A stretch of DNA of 64,000 nucleotides from Ylistrum balloti (taxonomy: Eukaryota): assembly GCF_031769215.1 (NCBI RefSeq), contig NW_026782329.1, positions 1,488,001 to 1,552,000 on the forward strand, given 5' to 3'. This document shows, one piece after another, positions 14,121 through 28,390 of this stretch. Position 1 is the first letter of the stretch; every line of letters starts with the position of its first letter. The position numbers were made by a program, and so were the translations under genes. The notes under the pieces are model-generated. The model had not been told where the DNA came from. It did not search any database and saw only the letters and a program-made list of their open reading frames with translations.

Positions 14121-14631
14121 CCTCCCTGAATATTCCTTTGTAAGAGGACAATGGAAATGATTGGACCTCTCTAAATATTCCTTTGTCAGAAGACAATGAA
14201 TATGATTGGACCTCACTAAATATTCCTTTGTCAGAAGACAATAAAACTGATTAGATCTCTCTGAATAATCCTTTGTAAGAGGGCAATGAACATGATTGGT
14301 CCTCTCTAAATATTCCTTTGTTAGAGGACAATGGAAATGATTGGACCTCACTAGATATTCCTTGTTAAGAAGACAATAAAACTGATTGGTCCTCTTTAAA
14401 TATTCCTTTGTAAGAGGACAATGGAAATGATTGGTCCTCTTTAAATATTCCTTTGTAAGAGGGCAATGAACATGATTGGACCGCTCTAAATATTCCTTGG
14501 TAAGAGGGCAATGAACATGATTGGACCTCTCTAAATATTCCTTTGCATGAGGGCAATGAACATGATTGGACCTTTCTAAATATTCCTTGGTAAGGAAACA
14601 ATGAAAATGATTGGTCCTCTCTGAATATTCC
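14121..14631 (+). repeat. 45-bp minisatellite, about 11 diverged copies
   Basis: Unit about ctctctaaatattcctttgtaagaggacaatggaaatgattggac. Confidence 0.92.
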
Positions 14632-16028
14632 TGTTTTTTCTGTAACGGTGTCTAGTATACACTATTGTCAGGAAACCAGAGTGGGTCAGTCACGTTGTCT
14701 TCTTGATTCCTGTATGAATGGTGCTATTTCGCCACCCCATTCCATACTGTCAGTTGACTGCCATGTCGGATCTGATTTGTCTATAGAGCACGGAACAGCA
14801 AATTCAATTATATATCTAAGTACACATAGTCGTAGGAAAATTCGCGGTGAAATGAGACCTAGAAAGACAATGATATTTTAATGGGTTATATATGTATCGA
14901 TTAAGGTACACGTCTCTATAGCCAGCGAATGTCATCCTCTCATCGCCAGTATACGGTACTCATACTATATCATTTTACTGGGGACAAGGTCAAAATGAAG
15001 ATTTCTTGTAGGTCACGCTTTCGTGTATACTTCCAGTCCCCTTCTTGTCACTGCCAACAGTTACGTGCTGTTATCATCGGGTTTACATAATTTACGGCCT
15101 GGGGGACGATACAGAAAGATTTCCAAATAAGGCATAGGCCTTATGTCAGAATGAAATTACCTTGTTTTCCTAGTAATTCCAATATCATCATCATTTAATT
15201 TCAGTGTTTAACCCAGTGTGGCTCATAAACAGGTTATAAGTACATATTTTAAGTATGTAATCAATACCTAATACGCCGTTCTATTTCAGAATATTTTATA
15301 AAGTCGAACACAGCTACAATGTCAGCGGTTTAATTCATGTTGGCAGTTGGAGGCTAATAAGCTTGTCAGATATTGTAGGATGTATCCCTTCCTTCAGCTT
15401 TATAAAAAAGGAACACAGCTTATGATCGAACATTGGCTAATCTTTCGTACACATCTCTCGCATTTAAAGGGTTGAACAAGGGAGGTGAATCGAACAATTG
15501 AACGTTTCGCCCGAGAGGCGAACTAAATAGATCCCTACATTTCCTCGTGTCTTGGTTGAATTCTTGTTTACCACTCACTTCCTGGTAGGTAAACAAAACC
15601 ACCCATTTCCCGCCAACAATCTATCTAGATACATTCAGTGTTTACATTGTGTATCCTGTGTGGGAGTTATCGGTGATGTCAGACCGTTCGGTTCTCTCGG
15701 TCGTCAACCAATTCTCTTTTGTCTATTTGTTCGTCAGAAATTTGATTGATACCATGCACATGTGTTTTTTTTTTCATCGACAGAATTCCAGTTTTAATCA
15801 GGACTAATTCACATGGCGTCGCTTATTAGTCATCACCAAGGTAAAGAGAGCATGTATCATTGATGGGACTGTTATGAATTGTCATTTCTAGCATATTCTG
15901 GACAAACAGTGGTTAGGTTCTAGGAATATCAATAAGCCAGGAATATCCACCATTATATAAACACAAAAAGTACATAGATGTTATTTGATACAAGGAACAT
16001 ACCACAAAGATAAACCAATACCAGAAAT

Positions 16029-16954
16029 CAGACCAACAATGTCAAACTTACAGGAACGGACCAACAATGTCAAACTTACAGGACCGGACCAAACAAACCA
16101 GACCAACAATGTCAAACTTACAGGACCAGACCAACAATGTCAAACTTACAGAACCGGACCAAACAAACCTGACCAACAATGTCAAACTTACAGAACCGGA
16201 CCAAACAAACCAGACCAACAATGTCAAACTTACAGGACCAGACCAACAATGTCAAACTTACAGGACCGGACCAAACAAACCAGACCAACAATGTCAAACT
16301 TACAGGACCGGACCAACAATGTCAAACTTACAGGACCGGACCAAACAAACCAGACCAACAATGTCAAACTTACAGGACCGGACCAACAATGTCAGACTTA
16401 CAGGACCGGACCAACAATGTCAAACTTACAGGACCGGACCAACAATGTCAAACTTACAGGACCGGACCAACAATGTCAAACTTACAGGACCAAACAAACC
16501 AGACCAACAATGTCAAACTTACAGGACCGGACCAAACAAACCAGACCAACAATGTCAAACTTACTGAACCGGACCAAACAAACCAGACCAACAATATCAA
16601 ACTTACTGGACCGGACCAAACAAACCAGACCAACAATATCAAACTTACTGGACCGGACCAAACAAACCTGACCAACAATGTCAAACTTACAGGACCGGAC
16701 CAAACAAACCAGACTAACAATGTCAGACTTACAGGACCGGACCAACAATGTCAGACTTACAGGACCGGACCAACAATGTCAAACTTACAGGACCAGACCA
16801 ACAATGTCAAACTTACAGGACCGGACCAACAATGTCAAACTTACAGGACCGGACCAACAATGTCAAACTTACAGGACCGGACCAAACAAACCAGACCAAC
16901 AATGTCAAACTTACAGGACCGGACCAAACAAACCAGACCAACAATGTCAAACTT
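16029..16954 (+). repeat. Compound 28/42-bp minisatellite
   Basis: Core gaccaacaatgtcaaacttacaggaccg (28 bp) with an optional 14-bp insert gaccaaacaaacca. It explains the overlapping ORFs at 15985-17064. Confidence 0.95.
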
Positions 16955-18443
16955 GTAGGGTTGAACCAAACTTACTTACCAAACGAAATATAACAGGGCA
17001 GCGATACCAAACTATAGACCAGACCAAGAGGGTGAGCCACCCGACCAGTATGACCGTTGATTAAGATACATGATGATAGTATATATGTTTACAGAGCCAT
17101 TGTCATGCTACTGGGAGCCAGACTTCCTACATGGCGCCATCTATTGGACATCTCATACCAGGGGGTGAAGGCAGTCTAATGAATCCGGACCTTTGGACCC
17201 ATATCTTGGTTAATAATTTATACTGTCAACAAGATAAAATAAATCCTTTTATTTCCAACCAATTTCCAATTAACTCACAAATCCAGCCCATAGAGGTCAG
17301 TTTATTGCCCTCATATGAAGCCTGCAAACCAATCAACTCATTATGGTTAGCGAGAGAAAACCATCAATGTAATATGCGGTATAGTTATCCGGATCGAAAT
17401 CTCCGGATGGGTCATCGACGCATATTTTATTCATATTTGAATTAAATGGTACAGATAGACGCCAAGATCTAAGGAAAACTTAGCGTTAATAGAGAAAATA
17501 ATATTATGGCGAGTTTTTATGTCTGCTAACACAATAGTCTTGGATTTCATGTTCTATCGATCTGGCGTTAGATCGATATTGTGTGATCGTCCGGGTGAGA
17601 GGTCAATCTTGGCGTTGTTGCATGTGCACTGACCATTGAAGGAGGTCTATTAAAGTGATTTGATCTTTGTACGATGATAATGGCTATTGGAGGGTATGTT
17701 ATATTGGTGCCGCTAACAGTATTGGACCAGTATGTCTCAGTTATTAGCTCCGTCCTGATGTATTCATAAGGATACCAGGTTTTTGTTCCTGAAGATTTTA
17801 ATAATTACACAGCTACTTTTTAGTAGATCATTGTCATGATCATATTATATCTAGCCAAGACAACCATCCTAGAGCAAAAACATATCCTATCTGTTACTCC
17901 GTCAATTGGAAACCTCTTTAAACAGCCTTTTATCGAACAATAAGTTTGACAGATGTTCAAATTATAGAATATTTATGGAAAATAATTCTCTCTACTCTCA
18001 TCCAGGTAGTTGTCCGTTAATGGAGGAGTATTGTCTTTATATTGTGTAACTTTTTGTGACAGTTTTATAGCTGTACAGATTCGTGTCACACTAATCACCA
18101 ATACTATTGTATTGAACGGTGGTTTTACTATACTGCTGTTAGTGTACACGGTTCACTGATTACAAAGAAACGTCACTGTAAATACAATTTTATCAGCTTT
18201 TTAAACCTTTCAGATCCTCTAACGAGACCATGAGAATTCCGTTTTCATTTTAGATATCACAAACAAAGTTATAAAAAAAATATTTGTTTTGTCTCGGATA
18301 TCCACTTTATCTTGAATGTTTCTTCAAAATGTCGTTGTGGTTAAGCTTGATAGCTGTCTTAAAGAACGGAATCGGAATTCTAATAAAATAGGGAAGGAAG
18401 CTAAAACAGAAGAATCCAGTTGTCATTCAGTGTGATCTAGGTG

Positions 18444-18875
18444 AAGATCACCCAGCCTGTAATTCTGGACTACCCCATCATGATAAATATAATTTTTAAG
18501 ATTACCCAGCCTGTAATTCTGGACTACCCCATCATGATAAATATAATTTTTAAGATCACCCAGCCTGTAATTCTGGACTACCCCATCATGATAAATATAA
18601 TTTTTAAGATAACCCAGCCTGTAATTCTGGACTACCCCATCATGATAAATATAATTTTTAAGATAACCCAGCCTGTAATTCTGGACTACCCCATCATGAT
18701 AAATATAATTTTTAAGATTACCCAGCCTGTAATTCTGGACTACCCCATCATGATAAATATAATTTTTAAGATTACTCAGCCTGTAATTCTGGACTACCCC
18801 ATCATGATAAATATAATTTTTAAGATTATCCAGCCTGTAATTCTGGACTACCCCATCATGATAAATATAATTTTT
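18444..18875 (+). repeat. 54-bp minisatellite, 8 near-identical copies
   Basis: Unit aagat(c/t/a)acccagcctgtaattctggactaccccatcatgataaatataattttt; 8 x 54 = 432 bp. Confidence 0.97.
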
Positions 18876-19041
18876 ATAATGTTATGAAAGCTTTAATGTG
18901 ACGATTTCTACATGATGTAGTAATTATACGGACGTGATATTGATTTTGTTTCTGTAGTCCCTGTTATCCTTGATGATTCACGGGGCTGCCAGGAATAAAA
19001 TACATTATTATATGGTAATGAATAACGACGACAGTGATAGC

Positions 19042-19101
<60 letters not shown>
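19042..19101 (+). repeat. (GAT)20 microsatellite
   Basis: Uninterrupted GAT run read directly from the sequence. Confidence 0.97.
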
Positions 19102-19972
19102 AAAGATGAAATCTTAACTACAAAAGGTCGTCACACATCGGTGGTTATAGCTCCCTCGTGTATCCCTCGTGTAAAGATACAAAATAGTCATGGATACATA
19201 AAATGCAGGTACGTTTCACGTGCGAACAATCGATAGGTCACGTCCGGACACGCCTGTATATCATATAGCCCATTAGAGTATTGGCGAGAGTGAGTCAGTC
19301 TAGGTGTACGATCGGGAGGTTTGGTTGTAATCATGCGGAAATCACTGCCAATGTACTGGAATGTTTATATTTCTGATGTCAACACAACGGATGGAACCTA
19401 AAGTGCTAAAAGTGTCGTTCTCCTGTAAAATAATTAGGCAGAGAGAGAGTACGAAGTGTTCATGATTAAAACCAGGTCTTAATAAAATGAAGTAAATATC
19501 TCAACTCAGTCCTTAATAAGTAAAATGAATGTGCTTGTGTTCTCAGTTTATAAATATACATAAAGGTTGGGCACAAGTGTTCTCAAGTATTTCGAATAAT
19601 ATTGTAATATTCGGTGTGTACGGTTATGCATATATTTTTAATGTAGGTGTGGTTTGATGAGTATGATCAGTAGAAATCAAAACAATGATATCAGTAGGTA
19701 AATTTGACATGCTTTGCCACTAAACTATCGCTTCCTACAATTTGGTGAGTTATTTGAAGTTTTGATTTTACTATGGAAATAAATTTGATATATTAAAAAA
19801 TTTCATTTTAGAAATTATATCAATTGAATATTTTACTTTCTTCCTTTTCCATTTAACTCTGAATATTATGATGGTTGAAGATAATGTTTACCATCCAAGT
19901 AAATATTGTGCCAATGTTATACGAATCAACCATTTGGGTTAAGCTATCCAGTCATATTAGGCTGTTTTTACT

Positions 19973-21280
19973 ATGGTATTGCCATTTAAACGCCAATACA
20001 CAATTTTTTTAAATCCAAGGTTTCCTGTAAATCCAACTGATTACGTGAGCGCCCGCTGCCCTGTCGAGAGCAACACACACATATATGTATTTTTAGTGTA
20101 TAATATAAGAGGTGCCTCGATACGAAGGCTAAAATCAAGTCTGCGTTTTATTACCAACTTCCGGTATAAATCGTCCACCCTACAATTACTACGCACGGTG
20201 CGGCGACAGGAGAAACCTGGCAATTTACAAATCCAATCTGATTCCGGTGCTAACATTCGTACCTTTATTTCATTGGACCGACAAAGCGGATGACTCACCC
20301 CGTGCAGACGTGACATGGTCACCGCTGTAATGATAGACTGGACACATCACCGTTGTAAAATATCCTTACGCTAATCCAGAAAATAATGACAATATATTGT
20401 TGTTGCTACATAACAGTGATGAAGAACTAGGGGGTGGTGTGTCATCTCTTTTGTTCTCCACCTCGAACGATCTGTTAGACCATTTCATTATATTTAAACT
20501 GTGTCGGTATTGTTTCTATATACACACAGGTTATCAGGAATCTAAATGTCAATATTACGCACCAAGCAATGTATTTATAGCTCTTGTATGGGAATATTTT
20601 ACCTGCATGTTGTTTCTAGCATACATTATATTTTGATTCAATACATAAGTTAAACTTTATGAATCCCTTAATTGCATAAATTGATAGAGACAAACACCAA
20701 AATTAACTTTTGATTTACAGGATAGAAAATTTTCACTGGTGATCTCGCCTCCAAAAAGGGTACAATTAAAGCGAACATTTCCGCCATTTCGTTAATGACT
20801 GCACACGATCTTGGTGAAAATGAAACGTCAATACCAGAAAGCATAACCCATGTTATGTTTCACGTAAAGGACATTGGTAATAGCAGCAGGAGCTATTTTA
20901 TGGCCATATTCATGGAGGGTCACAGCGATGTCGTGATGAAATATTCATTTAACAGCTCGGTTAATGTAACATTACAGTTCATCCGATCGCGTCTGCTACC
21001 TACAGAGGAGGTATCTTCAGTGTGTATCTATCTTAATTTCATAGCCGCCTGTGATGGTATAATTTGACAAATACACCAGATATCTTGTTCAGAAACTACT
21101 TCTGATTATTTCTCAATTTGTGAGGGAAAACGCACTTTTTACATGGAGAAGCAGCCTTTCCCCACTGTGAGACAACCAAGAGTATCATCACCATAGCTGA
21201 TTCTGACCAAAGACGACTCCGATATGAATGCAATTTAGGCAAAATACTTTCATTTCTACTAGAGAAGTAGAATTTTGAAA
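19973..21280 (+). pseudogene. Possible decayed cadherin/protocadherin-repeat coding relic
   Basis: Cadherin-like motifs in shifting frames: IQSDSGANIRTFISLDRQ (about 20231-20284), ENNDN (about 20381), LLLHNSDEELGGGVSSLLFSTSNDLLDHFII (20397-20490), IA*IDRDKHQN*LLIYRI (20671-20724), TAHDLGEN (20798) and VKDIGNSSRS (about 20864). Stops and frameshifts present; by eye only. Confidence 0.4.
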
Positions 21281-21591
21281 AAAATGCTCTTTCCCCTTTA
21301 AAGGGCCCCGCCCCTCCCGTCCCTGGGGGCCGAGACCCATCATTTATACAAATTTGATTTCCCTTCAACAAACAATTCTTCAAACCAAATGTATGTAAAA
21401 TAGAAACGGAAAACACAACACAGGAGAAAAACAAAAATTGAGAGAATGTTGATAAAGCTAACGGAAATCCATCAACAGAAATCGAGGAGACACAAAAAAA
21501 GGATCCATGGAAATACTGAAATCATGCATAACAGGAACTGTGATATCAAATATGGGAACGGTGGAAACGCTAAGGCAGAAAAAAAGAACGA

Positions 21592-23135
21592 TCACAGGAA
21601 CACACAGACAACAAACCAGATGGAATCACAACACAGGAACATACAGACAACAAACAACACAGGAACATACAGACAACAAACCAGATGGAATCACAACACA
21701 GGAACATACAGACAACAAACCAGATGGAATCACAACACAGGAACATACAGACAACAAACCAGATGGAATCACAACACAGGAACATACAGACAACAAACCA
21801 GATGGAATCACAACACAGGAACATACAGACAACAAACCAGATGGAATCACAACACTGGAACATACAGACAACAAACCAGATGGAATCACAACACAGGAAC
21901 ATACAGACAACAAACCAGATGGAATCACAACACTGGAACATACAGACAACAAACCCGATCCAATCACAACACAGGAACATACAGACAACAAACCAGATGG
22001 AATCACAACACTGGAACATACAGACAACAAACCAGATGGAATCACAACACTGGAACATACAGACAACAAACCCGATCCAATCACAACACAGGAACATACA
22101 GACAACAAACCAGATGGAATCACAACACAGGAACATACAGACAACAAATCAGATGGAATCACAACACAGGAACATACAGACAACAAACCAGATGGAATCA
22201 CAACACTGGAACATACAGACAACAAACCAGATGGAATCACAACACTGGAACATACAGACAACAAACCAGATGGAATCGCAACACAGGAACATACAGACAA
22301 CAAATCAGATGGAATCACAACACAGGAACATACAGACAACAAACCAGATGGAACCACATCTCAGGAACATACAGACAACAAACCAGATGGAATCACAACA
22401 CTGGAACATACAGACAACAAACCAGATGGAATCACAACACAGGAACATACAGACAACAAACCAGATGGAATCACAACACCGGAACATACAGACAACAAAT
22501 CAGATGGAATCACAACACTGGAACATACAGACAACAAACCAGATGGAATCACAACACTGGAACATAAAGACAACAAACCCGATCCAATCACAACACAGGA
22601 ACATACAGACAACAAACCAGATGGAATCACAACACAGGAACATATAGACAACAAACCCGATCCAATCACAACACAGGAACATACAGACAACAAACCAGGT
22701 GGAATTACATCACAGGAACATACAGACAACAAACCAGGTGGAATTACATCACAGGAACATACAGACAACAAACTAGGTGGAATCACAACACAGGAACATA
22801 CAGACAACAAACCAGATGGAATCACAACACTGGAACATACAGACAACAAACCCGATCCAATTACAACACAGGAACATACAGACAACAAACTAGGTGGAAT
22901 CACAACACAGGAACATACAGACAACAAACCAGATGGAATCACAACACAGGAACATACAGACAACAAACTAGATGGAATCACAACAAAGGAACATACAGAC
23001 AACAAATCAGATGGAATCACAACACAGGAACATACAGACAACAAACTAGATGGAATCACAACAAAGGAACATACAGACAACAAACCAGATGGAATCACAA
23101 CACAGGAACATACAGACAACAAACAAGATGGAACC
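21592..23135 (+). repeat. 39-bp minisatellite, about 39 copies
   Basis: Unit acacaggaacatacagacaacaaaccagatggaatcaca. The consensus is stop-free in several frames on both strands, which explains the cluster of long ORFs. Confidence 0.97.
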
Positions 23136-23213
23136 ACATCTTTGGAAACACCAAAAACGAAAGAAATGAAACAGGAAAAACCTATAAATAACAAAACAAA
23201 TGAAAAGAAAAGG

Positions 23214-23458
23214 CTGGAACCAAGGAAAGAAATTAAAAGTTCTAGAGAAACTATGTAAGGGAAAGAAACTGCTGGAACCAAGGAAAGAAATTAAAAGTTC
23301 TAGAGAAACTATGTAAGGGAAAGAAACTGCTGGAACCAAGGAAAGAAATTAAAAGTTCTAGAGAAACTATGTAAGGGAAAGAAACTGCTGGAACCAAGGA
23401 AAGAAATTAAAAGTTCTAGAGAAACTATGTTAGGGAAAGAAAATGCCGGAACCAAGGA
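23214..23458 (+). repeat. 58-bp tandem repeat, about 4 copies
   Basis: ctggaaccaaggaaagaaattaaaagttctagagaaactatgtaagggaaagaaactg recurring at 23214, 23272, 23330 and onward. Confidence 0.93.
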
Positions 23459-25778
23459 AATAAATTCAAATTTCAAGAAGCAACCAGGCAATGTAAACAA
23501 AAGGCTGGATAAAGGAAAGTAATTAAAAGCTCTTGGGGCACCCTGGCTTTCCATGGACATCTGAAGCCGAACATAGGAGATATTGACAATAGATGCTGTT
23601 CTCTCACCACCACCACAACCACTAAAATGTTGCCTTATAATAACACAAGACTTTTGGCATAGTAGATCGATATAGACAAACGTTATCAACAGCAATAAGA
23701 CAACAGCAGAAATTCACAGTTGAATGGGTGATGTCGGTTGTAATTCTTATTGCTAGGGAGAAGAACATTTACCGTAACAAAAACAACAACGGGTTAGCTG
23801 TATTTTTGCTTGCTCGTTTGACATACGTCGAATTCAGTGGTAATTTACTGTAAATGTTCCGTAATTGGTTGTGATAAATCACGATGCTATTATACATAGT
23901 GTAACTCTTGGAGCATGAATATTATATGAAGGCTGTAGGTTACGACTTAGAGAAGTTATTACAGTGAATGGGGCACTATTTTGTAATACAGTTGTATATC
24001 AGCAGAATGTCACGAAAAATAGTCTAACCTCATCAAAATGAATATTGAATGAAGTTTTACGGACGCACAAGGTGATCTCGTAGGCAGGCAGGCAGTATTT
24101 CCCAATAAACGGTTACTGACTGAAAATATGTAGAGACATTCTAAGTGCATTAACTGGCTATAAAGACAATTATTCACATCAACAACCAGTATTGACAATA
24201 AATATTGCAGCACGTCTGATAATGAACCGTGGCCTCTTACATGTTTAAAATAACATTTTTTCTATCTTGACAATAGAAAAACATACTTCCATAAAGTCAG
24301 TGTTTATGCGGTACTCCTATCTGGAGCTGTAGCAGAGGAAACGTTTACGCAAAGTAGTCAAGTGTTCTAACGTGAAAACCGGATGATGCACTTGTCCGTA
24401 TTCAAGTATCACTTCAGTTTTGTTGCTTTGGCTCCATAACGTATAAACATTTTAGAATTAAGATTATAATTTGATTTACCTGGAAACATGAAATGCTAAG
24501 ATTTTGTCATTGTCTTTAACGGACTCCTTTGATCAAATATACTTCTCTGCTTGTCAGACATTGCTCTTCTTTAACCTGACATTGATATGACTCTTAAATT
24601 CGGGTATATTTTGGGTAAGTGCACCTCCCCATCTGATTAGGATTATTGTACCTCCCTATCAGGTTTGGTTGGATCAACTCGAATCGTGAGCAACCTGAGG
24701 TTTCCATAGAATTAGCTATCCTTAATATATCTGACAGAAGTCTTGTGATATTGCTTTGATACGCACGAAAAAAAACCGTCAGTCTCCCCATTGAGATCAT
24801 GATCGCGGAAATGCATGTGTAGGCGAGACAAGTTAATTACACAAAAGTGTGTTTTTATTTATGGAACAATTACGTCAACATGCTACGAGTAATGACGAGA
24901 CATCCGGGTATAACTCAGGTCGAAACTACTAGACGAAATCGGCCATTGATATATGACGGTGACAAATATAAGCGGAACGGTGAGGCTAAAACCAATAACA
25001 GACTGTGATATATGACAGCGACAGATGTTGTCGGACGGGTATTAGCAGCGAGCGGAACGGGATACGACAATTTTCATCTTGATCTAGAAAATCGAGAATG
25101 ACCCAGACCAATTTTAGGAGCGATTAGCCAATAGTTCATTGTATTAGTGCGATACAGTGGTCCAGGGAGTATCGGGGTTTTCTCTTATGAAATCTTCAGC
25201 TATTAATCCTATTAATCATCTTATCGCAGGATAATGGGATTGATTCCTCAACTCCTCCCAAACCGTACTGTGTATCCCTGTACTGTGCTGGCATGTATTT
25301 CAGATATTGTCGTAGACTTGATTGGATGAGAGGCGTATATATATACATATATATTCCTTACTCTCTTAAATGGGAAAGTGGAATTGCATATTTGCTGTGG
25401 GTAATTTGGTAATATTTATTGTAATGAGAATGGATAAAATTTACACGAATATTGCGTTTAAATCAAATGTTCGTTTTTGTTTCAATATTCAGTGGTAAAT
25501 TTTCCTCATAGCTACACAGAAGGAGGCTGTTTCGCAACTGACTGCGGTCGATCCGTGTTAGGGTTTACGAAAGACGCTAATTTAATAGTCCCACATTAAA
25601 GATATGTTAACTGTTGTCAGTAATCTATGTTGGTGGCTACAAAATTCACAGGTTGTGACGAGTGAGCTGTGAACATACCAAGCCAAAACCATATAAGGTG
25701 CAGGAAATAATTTGCTAACAAGAAAGAAAATGGTTTCCCGTCTAATGTACTTCTTGTCGTGTAGCAAAATATAAATGC

Positions 25779-26070
25779 TTTCCTACTGAGAGAATCCCTT
25801 TTTGTGTGGGAGGAAATGGTTACCCAATGAGAGAATCCCTTGTCGTGTGGGAAGAAATGGTTACCCAATGAGAGAATCCCTTGTCGTGTGGGAAAAATGG
25901 CTACCAACTGAGAGAATCCCTTGTCGTGTGGGAAAAACGGTTTCCTACTGAGAGAATCCCTTGTCGTGTGGTAGGAAATGGTTTCCCAATGAGAGTTTTC
26001 ATTGTCGTGTATGAGAAGAAAATGGCTATATACTGAGGGTATTTATTCACTGTTGTGTGGAAGGAAATGG
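25779..26070 (+). repeat. About 41-bp tandem repeat, about 5 good copies plus degenerate ones
   Basis: Unit about ccaatgagagaatcccttgtcgtgtgggaagaaatggttac. Confidence 0.85.
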
Positions 26071-27630
26071 CTCACATATCACATTGTCGTGTGACAAACC
26101 CTATCTTTTGTCATCTGACTTGTTTTGGTAACTTTTTAGTCCTATTGTCGCAAGGTGCTTTCATCGTATGCTGATGATACATTTTTAGGACTGGTGAGGA
26201 TGGTGTCATTGAGATACATATTTCTGTATCATGAGTCGATGTTCCTGCTGTAGTAGATGTAGACGTAATACAGTTGATAACTCACGAGCAACATTACATT
26301 CACATTTGTACTTACAATTCAAGTATACATAAAATCTAAACAAACTGCAAATGCGCGATAAGGAGCGACAAGATTACCGATTTATTACCACACAGAGTTA
26401 CATAAGAATCTAAAGCTGGACAATTTACTGTGTGTCTTTTATATCTAGAGAGGTTTGTCCTAATTAAAATGACAGAATCGACGATATATAATCACACGTT
26501 TTATGGTCTCCATTGTAGAGGAAATGAGTTTTCGGATATTACAGTGCGTTCTAGACTGGGTTTTATGACATGTTAAAGCGCTGCTTGCCTGTTTTGTACA
26601 TATACATCTCCAAGATACTACCGGTCTCATCTTTCTAGAGCCTGATCAACAGTCACTCGGAAATATTTGCCATTTTGAACATCTGAAACAAAAAATCTTT
26701 ACTGTTATTAATAAGGAGATATGTTGGTCGAAAACGATGTCTATACCTTACATATTTATTTTCTCTGAGATATTTAGCTCAAAATCGTTTGAAATGTCGT
26801 ATCAATGTATTGTTATATTTGTACACGAGATGGCCTTAAGCTGAGAAGTATAAGGCCTTCTCGTGAATAGATATGACATAAGATCGATCCGTCGTCTGAG
26901 ACAGGAAACCAAGTTAAGATATCGGATATTGCTTGCATTTGTACGAAGCCGGCTTTAAGGAATTCCACACACTGTGCTGCTCTCACAAATACCGATTTTA
27001 AAAGCGACCTTTTCATTTTTTTCTGCATTCCAACCAATTATGCTAAAAAATAACATGAAAAAAAACGGGGAGATCCTAGCAAAATTGCTTTAACTCAATG
27101 CAAAATGTACATTTGTAAGGAGAAGAAGGGATGGTATTATAGAAGAACCGGATTTCTTCTTAAACGATAATGTTGTTCGGTTATAATTACATAACGTTCA
27201 TTAACGAGAGGAAATGAAAGTTAAACTCGGACAAGAGATCTAGGAGAATTCCATTAAGGTTCATCGGACAAACCCGATTTTTTAATTGACTAATTTACAC
27301 ACACTTTGTCTATAGTGTTAATGGTTCTTTCTGAAAATGTCAACCAGACCTCTCCTCTTGATATTTTGCCTCTGTCCTCACTGATTAGACTAACTTGGTT
27401 TTATGGTCGGTTTTCGAACCGCAGACATATATTCCTTGTGATATTTGAAACTCTCATTACCATTTAAGTGAAACAAATTCTGCTTAACTTCAATGTTTAT
27501 TTTAGTTTTGGAAAGGTCAAACGTCTATGTTCTGATACTAATTAGCGAATGTTGATAATATTGGATGAGTTACATGTCACAGTGTCCACTGATGACCTTA
27601 CAATGACACCATGATGACCATAACCCTTCA

Positions 27631-28390
27631 TGACAGTTGATGGTAGACAAACACTTTGTGACGGTTGATGGTAGACAAACACTTTGTGACACTTGATGGT
27701 AGACAAACACTTTGTGACAGTTGATGGTAGACAAACACTTTGTGACGGTTGATGGTAGACAAACACTTTGTGACGGTTGATGGTAGACAAACACTTTGTG
27801 ACAGTTGATGGTAGACAAACACTTTGTGACAGTTGATGGTAGACAAACACTTTGTGACAGTTGATGGTAGACAAACACTTTGTGACGGTTGATGGTAGAC
27901 AAACACTTTGTTACAATTGATGGTAGACAAACACTAGACAAACACTTTGTGACAGTTGATGGTAGACAAACACTTTGTGACGGTTGATGGTAGACAAACA
28001 CTTTGTGACGGTTGATGGTAGACAAACACGTTGTGACGGTTGATGGTAGACAAACACGTTGTGACGGTTGATGGTAGACAAACACTTTGTGACAGTTGAT
28101 GGTAGACAAACACTTTGTGACAGTTGATGGTAGACAAACACGTTGTGACAGTTGATGGTAGACAAACACTTTGTGACACTTGATGGTAGACAAACACTTT
28201 GTGACAGTTGATGGTAGACAAACACTTTGTGACAGTTTATGGTAGACAAACACTTTGTGACAGTTGATGGTAGACAAACACGTTGTGACAGTTGATGGTA
28301 GACAAACACTTTGTGACACTTGATGGTAGACAAACACTTTGTGACAGTTTATGGTAGACAAACACTTTGTGACAGTTGATGGTAGACAAA
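27631..28390 (+). repeat. 28-bp minisatellite, about 27 copies
   Basis: Unit tgacagttgatggtagacaaacactttg. Confidence 0.97.

Noticed and set aside
15985-17064. ORFs of 81-259 aa on both strands
   Set aside because: Products of the 28/42-bp repeat.
13153-17470. Protein-like minus-strand frames at 13153-13380, 15420-15750 and 17100-17470
   Set aside because: Stop-free runs of 75 codons or fewer are expected dozens of times by chance in six frames of 64 kb, and no family motif was recognised.
18970-19236. Poly-Asp protein ORF
   Set aside because: Driven by the (GAT)20 microsatellite, with a TTG start and no splice or homology support.
24885-24935. Hammerhead-like string AUGACGA-GAC...GUC-GAAAC
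   Set aside because: C3 is A, there is no correctly placed NUH triplet and no stem I; too degenerate to call.
25779-26010. Possible hammerhead in the 41-bp repeat (CUGAGAGA-AUCCC...GGGA-GAAA)
   Set aside because: Core spacing is wrong and stems I and III cannot be formed consistently.
26813-27037. KRSLLKSVFVRA resembling a Penelope post-RT motif
   Set aside because: No flanking RT or GIY-YIG motifs in neighbouring frames.
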